Below, piece by piece: positions 40,128 to 48,563 of a stretch of 64,000 bases of DNA (positions are counted from its first letter, which is position 1; the number at the start of each line of letters is the position of its first letter). Below the pieces are notes generated by a model. The model saw only the letters and a program-made list of their open reading frames with translations. It was not told the origin of the DNA and searched no databases. The position numbers were made by a program, and so were the translations under genes. Source of the DNA: a virus; IMG/VR virus record IMGVR_UViG_3300025133_000063, positions 16,405 to 80,404 of that record; one strand, given 5' to 3'.

Positions 40128-40633
40128 AATTCATGTCATTTCAGAGCTGGCTGGCACAAACAATAGCAGATGATGGTTGTTGTCAATCTGAAAACATATC
40201 ATATCTTTGGGCTGATCCGAATCAGGAAGATGTGCTGGATTATTTCGCCACTCAATATGATTTAAACACTATACGGATGGAAGACATTCAAGCTGCTGCC
40301 GATGAAATGTATCAGAAAACTCAGTCTGCCATAGCCTCTGATTTTCCAGATGAGATTCAAGTTTGGCGGTGTGGTGGATTAGCCGGTGATGTAACATCGG
40401 TGACGACTAACAAGAGAGTTGCTGATGGTGGGTGTAGCGGTGGTTATTATGGTGGCAAGGATGCCACCGTCACATCATATATGGTAAATCGTTCTGATGT
40501 TCTAGCTTCGGTTGAGCATCTCTGGCCCGCGGGCGATTTTGTGGAGGACGAACTCTTGGTCCGCCCCGGAGCACTCCGGCCAATGAAAGAATCTTTACTC
40601 CGTGAATACATAAGAGGGCTCCTAGAGGTTTAG
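40124..40633 (+). CDS. ART-like (R-S-E) domain with C-terminal type I leader
   Basis: VWRCG..VTSVTTNKRVA...EDELLV; ends MKESLLREYIRGLLEV. Confidence 0.7.
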   Translation: MKFMSFQSWLAQTIADDGCCQSENISYLWADPNQEDVLDYFATQYDLNTIRMEDIQAAADEMYQKTQSAIASDFPDEIQVWRCGGLAGDVTSVTTNKRVADGGCSGGYYGGKDATVTSYMVNRSDVLASVEHLWPAGDFVEDELLVRPGALRPMKESLLREYIRGLLEV

Positions 40634-40634
40634 A

Positions 40635-41252
40635 ATGAAATTACTTAGAAAATATATAAAGCAACTTTTAAAAGAAGAATATAACATTGAAAAAAACAAG
40701 TGGACACTTTTAGGACCTGACGATTTAAGACGTGATGACGTAATGCAACAATTATATGATATGACGTGTGAAACTTATGGTCCAATTGGTGGTCACCCAA
40801 AAATATCATGTCCTTTAGCATTAAATAAATACATGTATTGGATTGTCGCAGATATCGATGATGATCCAGAAATTGATGTTGGAATGTATGGAAAGCCAAC
40901 TGCTGCCGGCCATAAAATGGGTGGTGCAGCAAATGATGGTACTCCTCAAGCCGCACAGGCATATAAAGAAAAGTCCGCAGAATTACGTTCTGGTGGATCA
41001 ATAGATGGTGTTGGTAATTGGTATGGTGAAGTTTCCGGAAAGCCAGCGTACGCAATGTTATCAAGAGGGGCTCCGGCTATAGTAAATGAACAACAGGTCA
41101 AGGCACTATTAAAAGGCAAAGGTGTAATTTGGCATGGAATGCATCCTGATCCAGCTGCACCAGCTGTTTTTAAAAATAGCCCTGGATGGTATTCTAGAAA
41201 CTTAGGTGGTGTTCTTCATACAAAAATAATTGTTGGCTCACCAAAGGTTTAA
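40635..41252 (+). CDS. Leader type I cargo protein, function unknown
   Basis: MKLLRKYIKQLLKE. Confidence 0.7.
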   Translation: MKLLRKYIKQLLKEEYNIEKNKWTLLGPDDLRRDDVMQQLYDMTCETYGPIGGHPKISCPLALNKYMYWIVADIDDDPEIDVGMYGKPTAAGHKMGGAANDGTPQAAQAYKEKSAELRSGGSIDGVGNWYGEVSGKPAYAMLSRGAPAIVNEQQVKALLKGKGVIWHGMHPDPAAPAVFKNSPGWYSRNLGGVLHTKIIVGSPKV

Positions 41253-41254
41253 CA

Positions 41255-42256
41255 GTGCACTCCATTCTTTTAAAAAGTTATATTAATGAAGTAGCACTCA
41301 TAGATTATAACCATAAACAGATCAATGAAGCTCTTGAAATTAAAGAGCTCTTGCGTGATGTGGTTCGTACCGCTCTTGACGCTGGTGCTATAACATTGTC
41401 TGGAGGAATGGGTGGTGACACAGTTGTAGATATAATATTTGCCGTGGAGTCATCTAAAGAAATACTAAAGGCTGTTAATGATGCTATTAATTCGGCTAAT
41501 GAAATTGCCCAAGCACTGAAAGCGGCCATGGCGGCAAATATAAGCTCTGGCCCCGATTCGATTTATGCAGCAGTGGAGAACGTTATAGAAACAATTGTTG
41601 AAAATTCTGATTCTGCTACTGATACCATAGAAAATATGTCTTCTAAGGTTGAAGATCTTTTAAGCCGTTTGGCTGCATCTGTTGGCGATTGGGTCGCGAC
41701 TGTGTTACCTGATGATGCTGGACTTGGTGGTATATTAGTTCGCGAGACGCTTCAAGAAATTATAACAAAACTTGGTCAAAATGTTTTTGATTTTGCCAAA
41801 GGTGCATTTTCAAAATTACCTACACAAGCACAAAATTTTATAGCAAGTCCAGAAGCCATGGCTAATTTTCTTAATGAAATAGCAAATAAGATCGTTGTAC
41901 ATTTAAGTCCTGATGGTGAAAATAACGAGGCCAATGGTGGTTTTTTAGGAATGGCGTCAACAGCAACAAATATAGTTCAGGGTGATTATAGTAAGCTTGC
42001 AAAAGATAAAGCTGTATCATTTTTAAATGGTGATTTTAGAAAAATGATTCCTGTTGCAACACAAATTTTAAATAAACTTATTACGGCATTTTTTGGTGGT
42101 GTTGCCGTAGCACAAATATTGGCAAACTGGAATGAACGGGATGAAGATGAAGAGCAAAATGAAGAGCAAGAGAGCCAAGAAGAATCGCTAGTTCGTGACT
42201 GTATTAAACATATGCTTTATGAAAATGCAACATTAATAAATGGACATGTAAAGTGA
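41255..42256 (+). CDS. Amphipathic helical protein with N- and C-terminal type I-like leaders
   Basis: LLKSYINEVAL at the start; EESLVRDCIKHMLYE near the end. Confidence 0.65.
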   Translation: MHSILLKSYINEVALIDYNHKQINEALEIKELLRDVVRTALDAGAITLSGGMGGDTVVDIIFAVESSKEILKAVNDAINSANEIAQALKAAMAANISSGPDSIYAAVENVIETIVENSDSATDTIENMSSKVEDLLSRLAASVGDWVATVLPDDAGLGGILVRETLQEIITKLGQNVFDFAKGAFSKLPTQAQNFIASPEAMANFLNEIANKIVVHLSPDGENNEANGGFLGMASTATNIVQGDYSKLAKDKAVSFLNGDFRKMIPVATQILNKLITAFFGGVAVAQILANWNERDEDEEQNEEQESQEESLVRDCIKHMLYENATLINGHVK

Positions 42257-43116
42257 AGATATTATTTTTACATGGTTTAGAATCTCAGCCTGGAGGTTCA
42301 AAAGTTAAATATCTTCAAGGCTTAGGGCATACTGTTTTAAATCCTCTTTTACCAAAACATGATTTCGATGAGTCAGTTAAAATTGCACAAGCGCTTATAG
42401 ATAGCGAACATCCTGAAATTGTTGTTGGTTCTAGTCGAGGCGGCGCTGTAGCCATGAACATCAATGCTCAAGGTGCTAGACTAATCTTAATAGCTCCTGC
42501 ATGGAAGCGTTTTGGAAATTCTTCATCTATTCCGGTAAATACAACAATATTACATTGTAGAGACGATAAAATTGTACCATATAAAGATAGCGCTGAATTA
42601 GGTGTTAATTTAATGAGTTGTGGTGATGATCATAGAATGTCTGACAAATTGGCTTTGACGGCTCTTGGACAAGCAGTTGGCTTACAAAAAGATAAAAATA
42701 TGAAAACAGAAAATTTTCTTCGTAAATATATAAGAGAAACGTTGTGTGAATTTATAAATCAGCCGATTGGAACAGTGGATGGCGACGACCCTCGTCCCAC
42801 ACCATCAGAAGAAGAATTTGTTACTGGGCAGGATATTTTGGCTGGTTATATTGTTGTAAGTGATTCTCACGATAATATCATAGTAGGATACGCTCCAATA
42901 ACCCGTACTGATGGTCCTGATAGACCCTTCCTTGTAAGGACGACTGACACCAAATGGCTTATTCCCTTTGGTATGGTGAGGGCCTTATATCCTCAAGTGG
43001 AGGACACATTTAACTGGGTCGATTCAAAGGAAGACTGGCGAGATCTCGGTGTTGGATCTCGTGGAACGGTTGGAAATTTTTCATGGGAGTGGTTAGAAAA
43101 TGAACCTACTCCATGA
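42253..43116 (+). CDS. YqiA/YcfP-like alpha/beta hydrolase fused through an internal leader to an unknown domain
   Basis: FLHGLES, GSSRGG nucleophile elbow, D..VP, DDH; internal MKTENFLRKYIRETLCE. Confidence 0.8.
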   Translation: MKILFLHGLESQPGGSKVKYLQGLGHTVLNPLLPKHDFDESVKIAQALIDSEHPEIVVGSSRGGAVAMNINAQGARLILIAPAWKRFGNSSSIPVNTTILHCRDDKIVPYKDSAELGVNLMSCGDDHRMSDKLALTALGQAVGLQKDKNMKTENFLRKYIRETLCEFINQPIGTVDGDDPRPTPSEEEFVTGQDILAGYIVVSDSHDNIIVGYAPITRTDGPDRPFLVRTTDTKWLIPFGMVRALYPQVEDTFNWVDSKEDWRDLGVGSRGTVGNFSWEWLENEPTP

Positions 43117-44239
43117 ATACATAAGAGTTTTACTCGAGCAAGAGCAAGGATCGAAAGGCAGTCTTATTGTTGTCGACATTCAACCAGAGTACGAGAGCGG
43201 CACACTGTTCGATGTCGGTGATATGTTAAGAGCTGCAGCAGAAGATTATTCCAGAGTGTTATTCTTATTCAACGGTGAAGACACTCTTGGTATGGTTTCA
43301 GAATCTGCACTAAAGAACTTCTATTTTGAAAAGCTTGACTACGATGAAGAAGTGTTTGATGAATTACTATCTAAGTCAGAGTTTTTTGACAAAGGCTACG
43401 GCTTCTTTAGGGACGTCATGGATTCCGATGCTTGCTTTGACCGCAACCAGGTTGTGAAAATCGTCAAATATATGATCGATAAAGACATTCAAGATATTCG
43501 TGATCTTGAAGAAGAAGACATTGAAGTTATTGGGGTTAGTGAGCTGTTATTTGATGATCTTGAAGACTACGGATTCTGGGTTCCTGAACTATCTGATGAG
43601 TTGCCTAATTGGAACGGATCAGATCTTGTAGGTGGCGCCAGAAACGAATGTATGGCTGAAGTTGAGATACTCGGCGTAGCACAAGGGTTAAGCTTTAATC
43701 ACGTTGACAAGTTCATATATGAGGGCGACAATAGATATATAGAAACCTTGACAGAGGCTGCTACGTTTAAGCATAAGGGATCTACGGTTTATGGACACAA
43801 GATAGAAGACTTGCTCCGTAATCTTAAGAGGGGCGAAGGCATATATGAAGACGAAGGACTTGAAATGATAGAATTCCAGAAAGATTATCTGGAAGGCATG
43901 TCGAAGAAGCCGTCAGTCGAACTATACAGAGTAGTGTTTGCAAAGTCGATTGATGATGTCGATAGAAGTAATCTCGGGCATCACTATACAGACGACTATG
44001 ATTCGTTCACTTTGCAGATGATGGAATCTTTGTTATCTCAGGCGAGGCAGGAAAACCCTTCGCTTGAGCTGGAGGACGCTCGGATAGTAAAAGTAAGCGC
44101 CCCGGCAAATGCGATAGATTACGAAGAAGTTATGAGGACATGGTCATTATTCCCATATGAATATGAGATCACTCTAGGCGACACTAGCGGCGTAGAGATA
44201 CTTGACATAGACGATGCTTACGAAAGTAGCGAGAGATAA
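43100..44239 (+). CDS. Leader type I plus isochorismatase-like domain plus ART-like domain
   Basis: MNLLHEYIRVLLE; LIVVDIQP...VGGARNEC; LTE linker; LYRVV..LGHHYT...EYEITL. Confidence 0.65.
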   Translation: MNLLHEYIRVLLEQEQGSKGSLIVVDIQPEYESGTLFDVGDMLRAAAEDYSRVLFLFNGEDTLGMVSESALKNFYFEKLDYDEEVFDELLSKSEFFDKGYGFFRDVMDSDACFDRNQVVKIVKYMIDKDIQDIRDLEEEDIEVIGVSELLFDDLEDYGFWVPELSDELPNWNGSDLVGGARNECMAEVEILGVAQGLSFNHVDKFIYEGDNRYIETLTEAATFKHKGSTVYGHKIEDLLRNLKRGEGIYEDEGLEMIEFQKDYLEGMSKKPSVELYRVVFAKSIDDVDRSNLGHHYTDDYDSFTLQMMESLLSQARQENPSLELEDARIVKVSAPANAIDYEEVMRTWSLFPYEYEITLGDTSGVEILDIDDAYESSER

Positions 44240-44241
44240 AT

Positions 44242-44820
44242 ATGAACCTACTCCGTGAATACATAAGAGAACTCCTCACTGAATCTGTCGATCCCAAAAT
44301 CATGTCAATGATTGATAAACTCGAGGAACTAGAAGGTTTTGTTGAGATCATGCCAGACAGAGCAGTGATTATGATTAACAAAGTTGTTGGGGAAGATCGC
44401 TATCCGGTTCCACTCGGCCATGTGGCGTGGGGAGAAGGAAGGCTCGATGGTCCATGCCTTGGAGCAAAAATAGTATCTTCATCCACTATGAAAATGGGTT
44501 TTGGTCCGCTTGCTTACGATGTTGCGATTGAGGTAACCGGCGGACTAACATCAGATCGAGATTCAGTTACGAAATATGCAAATGCTGTCTGGGATCGATA
44601 TATGAATGGTCGTCCTGATGTCCAAGTGCTACAAATGGATAATGATCGAAATCACCTAACTCCTGAAGACGAAGATAATTGTGAACAACGTTCCGCCAGA
44701 GTCGATTCAGGAGGATGGTCACCACCAGGCAGCTTTTGGGATTCTTCTTTGAGTAAGGTTTACAAAAAATCAGGCACTCCAGTCATGGATGAGTTGCGCC
44801 GAAGAGGGATGTTAGACTAA
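44242..44820 (+). CDS. Leader type I plus GNAT-like domain
   Basis: MNLLREYIRELLTE; GFGPLAYDVA...LTSDR.SV..YANAVWD. Confidence 0.6.
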   Translation: MNLLREYIRELLTESVDPKIMSMIDKLEELEGFVEIMPDRAVIMINKVVGEDRYPVPLGHVAWGEGRLDGPCLGAKIVSSSTMKMGFGPLAYDVAIEVTGGLTSDRDSVTKYANAVWDRYMNGRPDVQVLQMDNDRNHLTPEDEDNCEQRSARVDSGGWSPPGSFWDSSLSKVYKKSGTPVMDELRRRGMLD

Positions 44821-45179
44821 TGGAACTCATCCGCGAATACATAAGAGATTTGATAAAAGAATCGATAGCTATCGGCCAATGTTATCCTCACGCTGTTAAT
44901 ATGGCAAAAGATTCAAAAGTGTCAGATAGAAATGATCTGTCGAAATTCAAGGTAGTGCACGGTCGAGTTACAAACAAATGGAATGATAAGTCATTTGAAC
45001 ATGCATGGGTTGAAAAGGGTGATATGATATTTGATTGGCAAACCCATTCAACAAAACCAGACGGTGTTCCTCATGATGTATACTACGATATGTATCAGCC
45101 TGAGATCTACAAAGAATACACCGGTGCAGAAACAATAATGAACTGTGTCAATTCAGGACATGCAGGACCTTGGCGATGA
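44820..45179 (+). CDS. Leader type I plus transglutaminase/papain-like Cys-His-Asp domain
   Basis: MELIREYIRDLIKE; GQCY...VVHG...HAWVE...IFD. Confidence 0.65.
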   Translation: MELIREYIRDLIKESIAIGQCYPHAVNMAKDSKVSDRNDLSKFKVVHGRVTNKWNDKSFEHAWVEKGDMIFDWQTHSTKPDGVPHDVYYDMYQPEIYKEYTGAETIMNCVNSGHAGPWR

Positions 45180-45490
45180 AACTGTTACGTGAATACATAA
45201 GAGAGATGCTTAATGAACAAATAGACCTGCAGGCTGTTATAAATGATTTGGATAATCTTACTGCAGATGAGATCATGAAGCTGTGGCGTGCTGTCGCTAC
45301 TGCCAGTAGGAAGAAAGAAAAGGAGATAAAAGCCGACTTTAACAAAGGCGACAAAGTCGAATTCGACCACGATGGCGAGACAATCACTGGCACTGTCGCC
45401 CGGCGAGGTGGAAAGTTTGTGAGTGTTAATGTTCACGGGTACGGCTCGCCGTGGAAAAGAAATCCATCTAGCCTGAGAAAAATATCATGA
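45176..45490 (+). CDS. Leader type I plus small SH3-like domain
   Basis: MKLLREYIREMLNE; FNKGDKVEF...GTV...KFVSV...WK..PS.L. Confidence 0.65.
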   Translation: MKLLREYIREMLNEQIDLQAVINDLDNLTADEIMKLWRAVATASRKKEKEIKADFNKGDKVEFDHDGETITGTVARRGGKFVSVNVHGYGSPWKRNPSSLRKIS

Positions 45491-45993
45491 ACATTCTCCG
45501 CGAGTACATAAGAGAGCTATTGAGAGAAAAACGAAATACCGCCGGCACCTTTTATCACTTTAGTAATGAAAAGTTTGATGAATTTAGTCTCTCCAACGCG
45601 TCGGATAGCGCAATATGGGGGAAGGGAATTTATCTTTCTGACGACCCTGACGATTTGAGCGGCTGGGGGAAAGAAGACAGAAACCGAGGCTTCTTGTACA
45701 CAGTGGAGATAAAATCCGATCAGAAAAATATTATAGATATGACACAACCGATCCCTCCAGAAATATATGAAAGGATTGAGGCGCATCTTGAAAGACCTCT
45801 GTCAGACATAACCAAAGAGGATGGGATATTCCCTTTTAATACTTTAGATCGAAAATCTGGATCTGTGGCAAACGCAATGCGAGAAATGGGCTTTGAAGTT
45901 TTAAAGCACCCACCACCGGGTAGCCATAAGGGAAGCCATTATTTAGTCACCGAACCATCAGTTATAGGCGTTTTAGAGGTTCAACAACAATGA
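45487..45993 (+). CDS. Leader type I plus ART-like (H-Y class) domain
   Basis: MNILREYIRELLRE; FYHFS..FDEF...WGKGIYLS...LYTVEI...HYLV. Confidence 0.7.
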   Translation: MNILREYIRELLREKRNTAGTFYHFSNEKFDEFSLSNASDSAIWGKGIYLSDDPDDLSGWGKEDRNRGFLYTVEIKSDQKNIIDMTQPIPPEIYERIEAHLERPLSDITKEDGIFPFNTLDRKSGSVANAMREMGFEVLKHPPPGSHKGSHYLVTEPSVIGVLEVQQQ

Positions 45994-46529
45994 ACCTCCT
46001 ACGCGAATACATAAGAGAGCTGCTAGCTGAGGCTCCCACCCTTAACCACAAGGGGGATGAGAATTATTTCCGAGTTGAACTGGGAAGAATTGGATATGCC
46101 CAAGGTGCCCGACATCTTAGGTTCCAAGACTGTCAAGCTGACGTCGATAAAATCATGCAAACACCTGAGTACCTGGTTGCTAAAGAAAAATACGAAACCA
46201 CCAACACGACGAAGGACATGGTTGAAGATCCGGATTCTCCGAATGGGTTCAGGATGCAGAAAAAACCAGCAACATTCCGGCCACCGTTCTACGATGTAGC
46301 AAATGCATGGATCCACGATGAAGATAATCGTGGCAAAGGTCATGGTAAAGAAATCTATAAAGCATTCATAGACAAAGCCAGTGAGTATGCAAAAAGAAGC
46401 GGTGGTGTCTTTATCGGAGCACATCACTGCACAATAGGTTCAGGCACATCAGAAGCGGCAAAGCGGGTTTGGAAATCTATAACTAAAAACTACACATCAT
46501 CTGGTGATGTTATCTTTATAGGATTATGA
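45990..46529 (+). CDS. Leader type I plus GNAT acetyltransferase
   Basis: MNLLREYIRELLAE; acetyl-CoA motif A NRGKGHGKEIY; SEAAKRVW. Confidence 0.75.
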   Translation: MNLLREYIRELLAEAPTLNHKGDENYFRVELGRIGYAQGARHLRFQDCQADVDKIMQTPEYLVAKEKYETTNTTKDMVEDPDSPNGFRMQKKPATFRPPFYDVANAWIHDEDNRGKGHGKEIYKAFIDKASEYAKRSGGVFIGAHHCTIGSGTSEAAKRVWKSITKNYTSSGDVIFIGL

Positions 46530-46530
46530 A

Positions 46531-47892
46531 ATGAGCTTACTTCGTGAATACATAAGGTTGTTAAGTGAAAAACAAGTTCGTGATCAAAAAAAGAAACGTG
46601 TTCTTTATCACATTGGTCCACGCCCTGCAAAGCCTATGCCAATGTCTCGCCCTTATGCACAGTCCTGGCGCCGGTACTGGCTCGATCAAGGTGTGGAATC
46701 TGGAGTATTTTTCTCACCCAACCCAATTGACATAGCCCAGTATCATGGAATTAGTGGTGATGTTTATGCCTACAAAATTCCAGAGTGGGTAATTGCAAAA
46801 GCAGGCGGAGTCCACAGATATGATCATGGCTCTGAAGTGTTGATTTCTGCCGATGTATGGCAAGAAGCTGGAGATGAAATAGAGTTTCTTGGAAAGAGCA
46901 TGCCGGAAAAAGAGCTTTGGGAGAAGATTGAATCTCTTGGAGCTGAACCATTAAGAAGATCTGCCGGAAGCCGACCAGGCTGGATGAGTGATGACGAATG
47001 GGAAAAAGCAAGTATGAACAAAACCACACAGAGTCATATATCTGGACTAAGATCTACTAAGCATCTAAAAAACGCCATCCGCATGATGAAGCCCAATGAG
47101 CGTGACGAAGCTCTTACCGCGTTTGAGACTATTGATGTCCTTAGAAAAAAAGATTATGAGATAATAGATATGATCAAGAGCTATATGAATGAGTCATCTC
47201 TTCGGGGTTACATAAAAGAGGTGTTGGAAAGTCAACCTGAAGAGCCAGATATGACTCAATACGTTGACGATCTAGAAAATGAGATTTTTACGATGCTTTT
47301 TCAAAAGAGCACATATGACTATCTTCAGTCTCAGGATGAAGGTATAGAATCGACGATGATCATGAATACATCTCTGTTTGATGAATATAATAATATAAAC
47401 GAAGTACATTTAGGTATCCTGGTGAACGATTCAGAGTCCGCGGACGTCGAAGCTGCATATGTTTGTGCCCCAGAGGAGAGGAATAAGTCGAACCTTGTGT
47501 TGAGTATCAATATTCCTAGAAACTATCCCCAGGTTGAGGGTTTCCAAGATTGGCTCAGTGCGGAGCTAGCCGATAGTTTATCTCACGAAATCCAGCACAG
47601 TTGTGATACATCCGAAATGTTGGCTGCCGATATTCCGGAAGGTGAGGCGAAATGGGAGAGTTTGGAAAACATAGAAAAGTACTATGCTTCCGAAGCCGAA
47701 ACAAGAGGTCACATCGCCGGTATGATGGGAAGAGCTCGGAGGACTGAACAAGATCCTGAGAAGCTTTTGCAACATGACGTTGAAACTGTGATGATGAATG
47801 CTCTCGACAAAGGGTATACAAAACAGGAGATGATTCCCGTCGTTCAAAGAATATATGATAAGTGGTCTGAGAGATTGGGGGATCGAAAATGA
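46531..47892 (+). CDS. Leader type I polyprotein: ART-like domain, internal leader, HEXXH domain
   Basis: MSLLREYIRLLSE; LYHIG..GVFFS..SEVLI; MNESSLRGYIKEVLES; SHEIQH...YY..EAETRGH. Confidence 0.7.
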   Translation: MSLLREYIRLLSEKQVRDQKKKRVLYHIGPRPAKPMPMSRPYAQSWRRYWLDQGVESGVFFSPNPIDIAQYHGISGDVYAYKIPEWVIAKAGGVHRYDHGSEVLISADVWQEAGDEIEFLGKSMPEKELWEKIESLGAEPLRRSAGSRPGWMSDDEWEKASMNKTTQSHISGLRSTKHLKNAIRMMKPNERDEALTAFETIDVLRKKDYEIIDMIKSYMNESSLRGYIKEVLESQPEEPDMTQYVDDLENEIFTMLFQKSTYDYLQSQDEGIESTMIMNTSLFDEYNNINEVHLGILVNDSESADVEAAYVCAPEERNKSNLVLSINIPRNYPQVEGFQDWLSAELADSLSHEIQHSCDTSEMLAADIPEGEAKWESLENIEKYYASEAETRGHIAGMMGRARRTEQDPEKLLQHDVETVMMNALDKGYTKQEMIPVVQRIYDKWSERLGDRK

Positions 47893-48563
47893 AATACTTA
47901 CGACAATACATAAGAGAAGTATTAGAAACTTCATTACCGGTGCAGCCTAATTCACAGATATTTTGTGACATGGATGGAGTATTAGTAGATTTTGAAACAT
48001 CAGTTGTTACTTTTATAAATCACTTACTAGATGGTGGTAGTATTCCAAATGTTAAAAGAAGCAAAGGGCATTTTTACCGTCTTAATTTAATACATAAAGA
48101 AATGGGAAAAGATTGGAGGCTACAGACTGGATCCGACTTAAATCTTCCGGTAATACGATCATTTATGTTTATTAGCATCGCCGCAAATCCCGGTGCAATA
48201 TTTGCTTCAATGAAACCACTTCAAGATGGTGTAGATCAACTTTGGCCGGCTTTAAATTCTACAGATTTAACAGTGAATATTTTATCTGCTCCAATCAATG
48301 GAAACAAAAGCGCACCAATGTCCGCTGCCGAGGGAAAAACAAGCTGGGTAGAGCACTGGTTAAAACCACAACCAAACAATATTATTATTACTCCAGCTCG
48401 CCAAAAGCCAGAATACGCCAACACTAATGGTACGCCAAATATACTTATAGATGATAAAGCATCAACTATTGATTCGTGGAACGCTGCTGGTGGAATTGGA
48501 ATTCTTCATACACCTGGAAATAGTACAAAAACGATAACGGTTTTAAAAGAATTACTGAAATGA
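47889..48563 (+). CDS. Leader type I plus HAD 5'(3')-deoxyribonucleotidase-like domain
   Basis: MKYLRQYIREVLE; FCDMDGVLVDF, ILSAP, GK..W, LIDDK...W.AAGG.GILH. Confidence 0.85.
   Translation: MKYLRQYIREVLETSLPVQPNSQIFCDMDGVLVDFETSVVTFINHLLDGGSIPNVKRSKGHFYRLNLIHKEMGKDWRLQTGSDLNLPVIRSFMFISIAANPGAIFASMKPLQDGVDQLWPALNSTDLTVNILSAPINGNKSAPMSAAEGKTSWVEHWLKPQPNNIIITPARQKPEYANTNGTPNILIDDKASTIDSWNAAGGIGILHTPGNSTKTITVLKELLK

Larger units (their letters stand above)
38776..47930 (+). repeat. Dispersed coding repeat ATGAAc(c/a)t-ct-CG(C/T)GAATACATAAGAGA at gene starts (leader type I)
   Basis: Copies begin at 38776, 39336, 43100, 44242, 44820, 45176, 45487, 45990, 46531 and 47889, with internal or terminal copies at 40583, 42700 and 47185. 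Confidence 0.9.

Noticed and set aside
38776-47930. CRISPR array or attC integron interpretation of the recurring GAATACATAAGAG repeat
   Set aside because: The copies are in-frame coding sequence, degenerate, non-palindromic and hundreds of bases apart. No cas gene or tyrosine integrase is present in the window.
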